Shown: one piece after another, positions 58,598-64,000 of the stretch | Layout of the letters: the number at the start of each line of letters is the position of its first letter | Position numbering within the stretch: the first letter of the stretch is position 1 | DNA from: an uncultured Gemmatimonadaceae bacterium | Lineage (GTDB): Bacteria; Gemmatimonadota; Gemmatimonadetes; Gemmatimonadales; Gemmatimonadaceae | DNA length: 64,000 bases | NCBI GenBank assembly: GCA_963781585.1 | Contig: CAWAGQ010000017.1 | Span: forward strand, 18,469-82,468 | Direction of reading: 5' to 3' | The notes under the pieces: model-generated | Seen by the model: only the letters and a program-made list of their open reading frames with translations | Databases searched by the model: none | Told to the model about the DNA's origin: nothing | Made by a program: the position numbers and the translations under genes

Positions 58598-59578
58598 CTA
58601 GGACATCGTCGCGCCAGAGCGTGTCCGCGCGTCGGCCAGCACGTCGTCGATGATCTGCTGCAGCGACGTGCGTGGCCGGAAGCCGATCAGTTTCTCCAGC
58701 TTGCTCACGTCAGGCTTGCGCCGTGGCATGTCCTCGAACCCCTCGGCATACGCTTCGTCGTAGGGAACGTGCACGATCGGCGAGGTGCTTCCGGCAGTGG
58801 CGCGCACCCGTTCCGCCAGATCGTTGATGCTCACCTCTTCGTCGGCGCCGATGTTGAACACCTGCCCCGCGGCCCTGGGCTCGGCGATGAGTCGGACCAC
58901 CGCCTCCACCGCATCGCGCACGTGGCCGAAGCAGCGGGTCTGTTCACCCGAACCGAATACGGTGATCGGCTCGTTCGCCACCGCCTGCGCCGCGAAGCGC
59001 GGCAGCACCATGCCGTAGCGGCCGGTCTGGCGAGGTCCCACCGTGTTGAAGAAGCGGGCGATCACGACGGGCAGGTGCTTCTCGCGCGCGTACGCCAGCG
59101 CCAGCCACTCGTCGAGTGCCTTCGAGCACGCGTAGGCCCAGCGGGAGTGATGGGTCGGACCCAGCACCAGGTCGGCGGTCTCACGGAACGGCGTGTCGGT
59201 GCTCTTGCCATAGACTTCCGATGTGGACGCGATCAGGACCGTCTTGCCCTTGCGCGCCACCGCATTCAGGACCACCTCGGTCCCATGCACGTTGGTCTCG
59301 ATCGTGCGCACCGGTTGCTCCACGATCAGCCGTACGCCCACCGCGGCCGCCAGGTGCACGGTCACGTCGCAGCGGTCCACCAGCTCGCTCACCAGCGGCC
59401 CGTCCATGACCGAGCCGATGCGATACTCGAACCCCGGATTCCCGATCAGGTGTTCGATGTTGGACATGGCACCGGTCGACAGGTCATCGAGCACCAGCAC
59501 ACGCGCCGAGCCGCTCAGCAACCGCTCGGCCAGATGCGAACCGATGAAACCGGCGCCGCCCGTAATCAGCACCTTCAT
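58598..59578 (-). CDS. NDP-sugar epimerase/dehydratase (extended SDR)
   Basis: TGGAGFIGSH, HLAAAVG, STSEVYG, YACSK and RFFNTVGPRQ motifs. Confidence 0.93.
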   Translation of the reverse strand: MKVLITGGAGFIGSHLAERLLSGSARVLVLDDLSTGAMSNIEHLIGNPGFEYRIGSVMDGPLVSELVDRCDVTVHLAAAVGVRLIVEQPVRTIETNVHGTEVVLNAVARKGKTVLIASTSEVYGKSTDTPFRETADLVLGPTHHSRWAYACSKALDEWLALAYAREKHLPVVIARFFNTVGPRQTGRYGMVLPRFAAQAVANEPITVFGSGEQTRCFGHVRDAVEAVVRLIAEPRAAGQVFNIGADEEVSINDLAERVRATAGSTSPIVHVPYDEAYAEGFEDMPRRKPDVSKLEKLIGFRPRTSLQQIIDDVLADARTRSGATMS

Positions 59579-60852
59579 GCGGCACCTTCCATGGTCAAGG
59601 CCTCCACTACGCGTGTGTGTCCGATGCGTGCCGCCGCGCTGCGCATCACCTCCAGGTAGCGTGGCACCACCGCCTCCTCCGTCCAGTGTTGCTCGAAACC
59701 CTCTCCTGCCTTCCGACCCAGGGTCGAACGCAGCAGCGAGTCACCCTGCAACCGCATCATCGCGGCGAGCAACTCGTCCGGCCCACTGAACAGCAGACCG
59801 GCTCCCGCCGTGTTGACGATCTCCGGAAACGGTCCGATACGTCGAGCGATCACTGGTGTTCCCTGGCGGAAGGCCTCGATCAGGATGATGCCGAACGTCT
59901 CGTACCCGCTGGACGGTACGATCAACGCGACCGCATGCGTGTAGAGCCTTCTGAGCTGCGCCCACGGAACGCGACCGAGAAAATGGATGTTGGATGCGCC
60001 ATCCGCGAGCCGTCGAAGGGCCTCACCATGCTCGCCATCGCCCGCGATCACCAGATCCGCCTCGCCGTACCGACGGAAGATCGGGATCACATCGTCCAGT
60101 CCCTTGATCCGTTCCAGCCTCCCGACGAAGAGGAAGTAGGGACGCTCACGCGTACGCGTGACGCCGCCGTCGAGAGTCGGCCCGACTGCTGCCTCGGCTT
60201 CGCGAGGCAGGAAGTAGGGAACGACTTCCATCTCACGGGTGAAGCCGAACTCGCGATGCTTTTCGCGACTGAACTCGCTCTTGGCGATGAACGCATGCAC
60301 GTGCGCGAGATTGCGCTGGAGCAGTCCGGTGTAACGCCAGAACTGCGGCGGGCGCCGGAAGTGCAGGGCGCAGCGCACGCATTCGCGTCCCGTGCAGGGC
60401 TCGCGGTTGTGTCTCCACAGCACGTGCATCGGGCAGACCAGCCAATGCTCGTGCGCTTCGTACACACACACTCCCCGACCATACGCCAGCAGGGCCGGCC
60501 CGCCCACGAGCGAGATGTTGTGGAAGAACGTGACGTCGAACCGGCCCTGGTCGACGATGCGCCGGATGCGGCCCTGGTTCAGGAGCGGTCGTCCGAGCTG
60601 CTGCGTGGCGAGCGGCGACAGCACGCCGAGTCCGCTGCGCAGTCGGAATACGCGCACGTTGTCGGACTCCGGCATTTCCGCCGGCTGCGGGCCGTGGTGC
60701 AGCGCGTGGTACGCATCCATGTCGTGAACGACGGTGATCTGGTGCCCACGCCGGCCGAGGGCATGCGCCAGTCGCTGGATCGCAATGCCGTCGCCGCCGA
60801 AGTTGTTCGGCGGATAGAACGTGGTGAACATGCAGATACGCAGTGCGCTCAT
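59575..60852 (-). CDS. GT4 family glycosyltransferase
   Basis: TTFYPP..FGG, FVGRLERIKG and ETFGIILIEA motifs. Confidence 0.92.
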   Translation of the reverse strand: MSALRICMFTTFYPPNNFGGDGIAIQRLAHALGRRGHQITVVHDMDAYHALHHGPQPAEMPESDNVRVFRLRSGLGVLSPLATQQLGRPLLNQGRIRRIVDQGRFDVTFFHNISLVGGPALLAYGRGVCVYEAHEHWLVCPMHVLWRHNREPCTGRECVRCALHFRRPPQFWRYTGLLQRNLAHVHAFIAKSEFSREKHREFGFTREMEVVPYFLPREAEAAVGPTLDGGVTRTRERPYFLFVGRLERIKGLDDVIPIFRRYGEADLVIAGDGEHGEALRRLADGASNIHFLGRVPWAQLRRLYTHAVALIVPSSGYETFGIILIEAFRQGTPVIARRIGPFPEIVNTAGAGLLFSGPDELLAAMMRLQGDSLLRSTLGRKAGEGFEQHWTEEAVVPRYLEVMRSAAARIGHTRVVEALTMEGAA

Positions 60853-61218
60853 GAGGCTCGTTGGAGGCCCCGGGGCGGCCGATCCGCGGAACCATAGTAT
60901 TGCGGGTGCAATCATCGGACCGGTGGCGGCATCAGGCAATGCGAATGAACCTGTGCGACCGCGCTCCGGGCAAGGGCTCACGCATGCCTGGCATCTGATG
61001 GTGTCCCAGTGGGTTAGGCTGCCCATCAGCCCGGCGGCGACCGGCCCCGTCCTCCTCAGACGCCGAAATGGCGCGCCCGTTTCGCCCGGAGGGCGCCCGG
61101 GGCCGCAATTCTTGCCAACACCCGGAATGAAGGTCAGACTCGAATTTCCACGGGCCGCGTTTCTCCGCCCGCGAACGATCCTCAGCCGGAAATGACACGA
61201 CTTGCACGGAGTCCTTCA

Positions 61219-62244
61219 ATGCGCCGCATGCTGCTTCTGCTCTCGACCTGCTTTGCCTCGACAGCGTTCGCCCAATCGTCGGCGACCTATCACGTCGCGC
61301 GCACCTTCCCGGTTGGCGGTGACGGCAGCTGGGATTACGTGATTCCCGATGCGCCTAACCAACGTGTGTTCATCGGACGCCAGAATCGCGTGATAGTGGT
61401 GGACGAGAACGATGGCAAGCTCCTGGGCGAGGTCACCGGGATCAACGGCGCGCACGGGGTGGCGATCGCGGCCGGGAGCGGCCACGGATTCGCAACGTCG
61501 GGGAACGACAGCGCGGTGGTGATGTTCGACCTCAGGACCTTCAAGGCGCTCGGCCGCATCCCGGCGGCCGAGGATGCCGACGCCATCATCTTCGATCCCG
61601 TATCGAACCGCGTGTTCACGTTCAACGGTGACGCACACTCGTCTACGGTGATCGATCCTGTCGCTGGCAAGTTGATCACCAACATTCCACTAGGCGGCAA
61701 GCCGGAGTACGGACAACCGGCCGGCGACGGCATGGTGTACGCGAATCTCACCGACACGAGCGAAGTGGTGGAGATCGACGCGAAGAATCTGCGGGTGACG
61801 CGCCGCTGGTCCACGGCGCCCTGCCGCCAGCCGGTGTCGATGGGCATCGATGTGAAGAACCATCGCTTGTTCAGCGGATGCCGGAGTGGCGTGATGGCCA
61901 TCTCCGACTACCAGGCGGGCAAGGTGATCACGACGCTGCCCATCGGCGCCGGCGTCGATGGTGCGGCCTACGATCCGGCGACCGGCGATGCGTTCGCGTC
62001 GAATGCCGACGGCACGCTGACCGTGGTTCACCAGGACTCGCCTGACGCGTATCACGTGGTCGAGACGGTCCAGACGGCGCAGGGATCACGGAACCTGGGG
62101 CTCGATCCGGCCACGCACCGGCTGTACCTGCCTGGCGCGAAGTTCGGCCCAGCTCCGGCTCAGGCCACGGCTGGGAATCCGCGGCGCCGCGCGCCGATGG
62201 TGCCGGGGTCGTTCGTGCTGATGGTGGTGGAGCGGTCGCGCTGA
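61219..62244 (+). CDS. YncE-like secreted beta-propeller protein
   Basis: Signal peptide; GGDGSWDY, GAHGVA and DADAIIFDP repeats. Confidence 0.87.
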   Translation: MRRMLLLLSTCFASTAFAQSSATYHVARTFPVGGDGSWDYVIPDAPNQRVFIGRQNRVIVVDENDGKLLGEVTGINGAHGVAIAAGSGHGFATSGNDSAVVMFDLRTFKALGRIPAAEDADAIIFDPVSNRVFTFNGDAHSSTVIDPVAGKLITNIPLGGKPEYGQPAGDGMVYANLTDTSEVVEIDAKNLRVTRRWSTAPCRQPVSMGIDVKNHRLFSGCRSGVMAISDYQAGKVITTLPIGAGVDGAAYDPATGDAFASNADGTLTVVHQDSPDAYHVVETVQTAQGSRNLGLDPATHRLYLPGAKFGPAPAQATAGNPRRRAPMVPGSFVLMVVERSR

Positions 62245-62439
62245 GCCGGAGGGTGGAATAAGGGGATACCTCTTCTCGGGCCCCCAGCCCTGGTCGTCGT
62301 GTGAACTCTTCGACGGATGTGCTTGCTCGTTGCCTGCGCGGCGGTCAATACTCGCCGGAGCGGAGGCATCACCCATGTCCGCGATCAGCCACGCATCAAC
62401 GGCGCAGGTACTCCACCGTCGCTCCGGGAGCGCATCCCG

Positions 62440-62646
62440 ATGATGGTCATCGCCCGCAGTCCCCTGACCCCTGCGGGGCGGGCGGTGGCTGTGTTCCTCG
62501 GCGTGGTCTGCGTTGCCGCAGGAGGCTTCGGTCTCGGGCTCGGTGTGGCGCGCCACAGCCTGCTGCTCGCGGTGCCCGGTGTCGGCGTACTGGCGATCGG
62601 CGTGCTCTACGCGGGTGCGGCATGGCGCGGGCGTCCCTGGCGCTGA
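62440..62646 (+). CDS. Small two-TM membrane protein
   Basis: Two hydrophobic helices in 68 aa. Confidence 0.5.
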   Translation: MMVIARSPLTPAGRAVAVFLGVVCVAAGGFGLGLGVARHSLLLAVPGVGVLAIGVLYAGAAWRGRPWR

Positions 62647-62745
62647 GGCGGGGCGTGGTGGGGAGACCACGGTGCTCCCGTCTCGACATGAACCCGGGCC
62701 AGGACCGGACTGGCGCGTCCGTCCGTCCGGTGCGAAGCTCACAGG

Positions 62746-63975
62746 ATGCCACACCGGCTCGAGCCCGTGCGCTCGCACCCCGGGCACGTTAGGCAGCTCA
62801 TCACCAAAGCTGGGACCGCCTGCGCGCGCGCCGGATTGATCCTCCTTCTCCTGGCAACCGCCCACCACGCGGATGCCCAGGGACAACCGCGCAACGCGCC
62901 GCCAATGCTTCGCCCCATCGACAGCGTGCGCATCGCCGAGAACGATACCCTGTTGCTGGCGCGCCCCAACCGGATCGTCGTCGGCCCGCAGGGCCACTAC
63001 TTCATCTCCGACGGCGGCGAGGCGCGGGTGCTCGAGATCGCACCGTCGGGCGCCATCGTGCGAACCTTCGGGCGCCGCGGACACGGCCCAGGCGAATTCG
63101 AGGTGCCGGGGTTTCTCGCCCTCGGCGGCGACTCGTTGCTGGCGGTCATGGAAGCGGGCCAGCGACGCGTGATCGAATTCGACCTGCGCACCGGGACATA
63201 CAAGGGGAGCTACTCGCTGATCGGCTGGAGCCCCAGCTTTCGCGTGCGCGGACCCAGGATGCTCGCCGGGGTGCTCGAGCCGGACTCGGGGACAGCGCTG
63301 GTCGTGCTGTCGGCGACCGGCGATCGCGTGGGCGCCGAGGGCGTCATCCCCGCGATCGTGCGGACGCATCCCATGCTGCTGGGGGGCTTCGGCGCCGTCA
63401 CGTTCACCGAGACGGACCAGGACGTGTATGCGGTCTTCGAGGTGTCGCAGTCGCTGTACCACTGGAAGCGCGGTGCACGAGACGGCGAAGAGATCCCGAT
63501 CCCCGCGGTACGACGAAAGGGCGTGCGCCAATCGATCTTCGAAGAGCTGCTGCGCGACCCATCCAGGGCGCCGTCACTGGCCTTCGACCGATCGCTTCCG
63601 GTGCTGCTCTCCGTGATGGCGCCGCACGTGCTCGTCCTGGGCACGATGGACGGCGAGTTCGACGGGAAGACCTTCGTCGGCACCTATTCGGTGACGGTGA
63701 TCGATCTCGAGCACCGGCGGGTGTGTCCCGATCTGGAAGTGCCGGCGCCGCGCGATCCGCTCCCGCGCATCGCCGTCCAGGGCGACACGGTCGCGGTGGT
63801 GCAGCAGGGAGTAGATTCATCGGGCCAGCAGGTTGCAGCCATCCGGCGGTTCCGGATCCGCACCGACGGGTGCGACTGGAAGCCGCTTCCGCCGGCGCAG
63901 CCCGTCAGGGCGGACTTCACCACCGTTGCCGGAGACGAGAGAACGCTTTCGGCCTGGGTTCGGGCTACCCGGTAG
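62746..63975 (+). CDS. Secreted 6-bladed beta-propeller protein
   Basis: Hydrophobic signal region; FGRRGHGPGEF motif; start uncertain. Confidence 0.72.
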   Translation: MPHRLEPVRSHPGHVRQLITKAGTACARAGLILLLLATAHHADAQGQPRNAPPMLRPIDSVRIAENDTLLLARPNRIVVGPQGHYFISDGGEARVLEIAPSGAIVRTFGRRGHGPGEFEVPGFLALGGDSLLAVMEAGQRRVIEFDLRTGTYKGSYSLIGWSPSFRVRGPRMLAGVLEPDSGTALVVLSATGDRVGAEGVIPAIVRTHPMLLGGFGAVTFTETDQDVYAVFEVSQSLYHWKRGARDGEEIPIPAVRRKGVRQSIFEELLRDPSRAPSLAFDRSLPVLLSVMAPHVLVLGTMDGEFDGKTFVGTYSVTVIDLEHRRVCPDLEVPAPRDPLPRIAVQGDTVAVVQQGVDSSGQQVAAIRRFRIRTDGCDWKPLPPAQPVRADFTTVAGDERTLSAWVRATR

Positions 63976-64000
63976 ACACGAGGCAGCGATCGAACCCTCC

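Larger units (their letters stand above)
244..62794. repeat. Dispersed octamer CGTTAGGC/GCCTAACG, at least 20 exact copies
   Basis: CGTTAGGC starts at 244, 2809, 7320, 18939, 19831, 40196, 41027, 51229, 57711, 62787. GCCTAACG starts at 1277, 4366, 6582, 13350, 24841, 33516, 34614, 36849, 41870, 49944. Confidence 0.85.

Noticed and set aside
62375..62443. 22-codon ORF MSAISHASTAQVLHRRSGSASR with GGAGG RBS, coupled to the small membrane gene
   Set aside because: Too short to judge without homology or expression data.
49845..63915. Shared 16-mer gcccgt(g/c)agggcggac near the ends of both beta-propeller genes (49845 and 63900)
   Set aside because: GC-rich, two copies with one mismatch; plausible by chance.

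Overview
High-GC bacterial chromosomal window (roughly 68-70% GC by eye). The gene set suggests Gemmatimonadota (inference): three Hanks-type Ser/Thr kinases, three ADOP/MacB-like permeases, PadR, beta-propeller proteins and membrane-anchored sulfatase-like proteins. About 50 CDS can be supported. They include a GNAT-NSAR/OSBS-M20 amino acid operon, an S8 peptidase, GH43 and GH36-like glycosidases, xfp/HAD/ackA, an ABC-2 exporter, a membrane LuxR-DUF4199 pair, an HTH plus nucleotidyltransferase (AbiE-like type IV TA) pair and a surface-glycan cluster. No rRNA, tRNA, CRISPR array, transposase or integrase was seen. The most striking non-genic signal is the octamer CGTTAGGC/GCCTAACG. At least 20 exact and 5 one-mismatch copies occur, equally on both strands, inside genes in several reading frames, and often forcing rare TTA/CTA codons. 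Other candidates are a coupled lipase-like / unknown exported protein / M15 peptidoglycan peptidase operon, a kinase with a catalytically dead trypsin-like domain, Thr-nucleophile 'sulfatases' coupled to glycan genes, and three gene-deletion scars (VIT1, a Tat protein, ccmC). Start codons were chosen by eye and all family calls come from motif recognition, not database searches.
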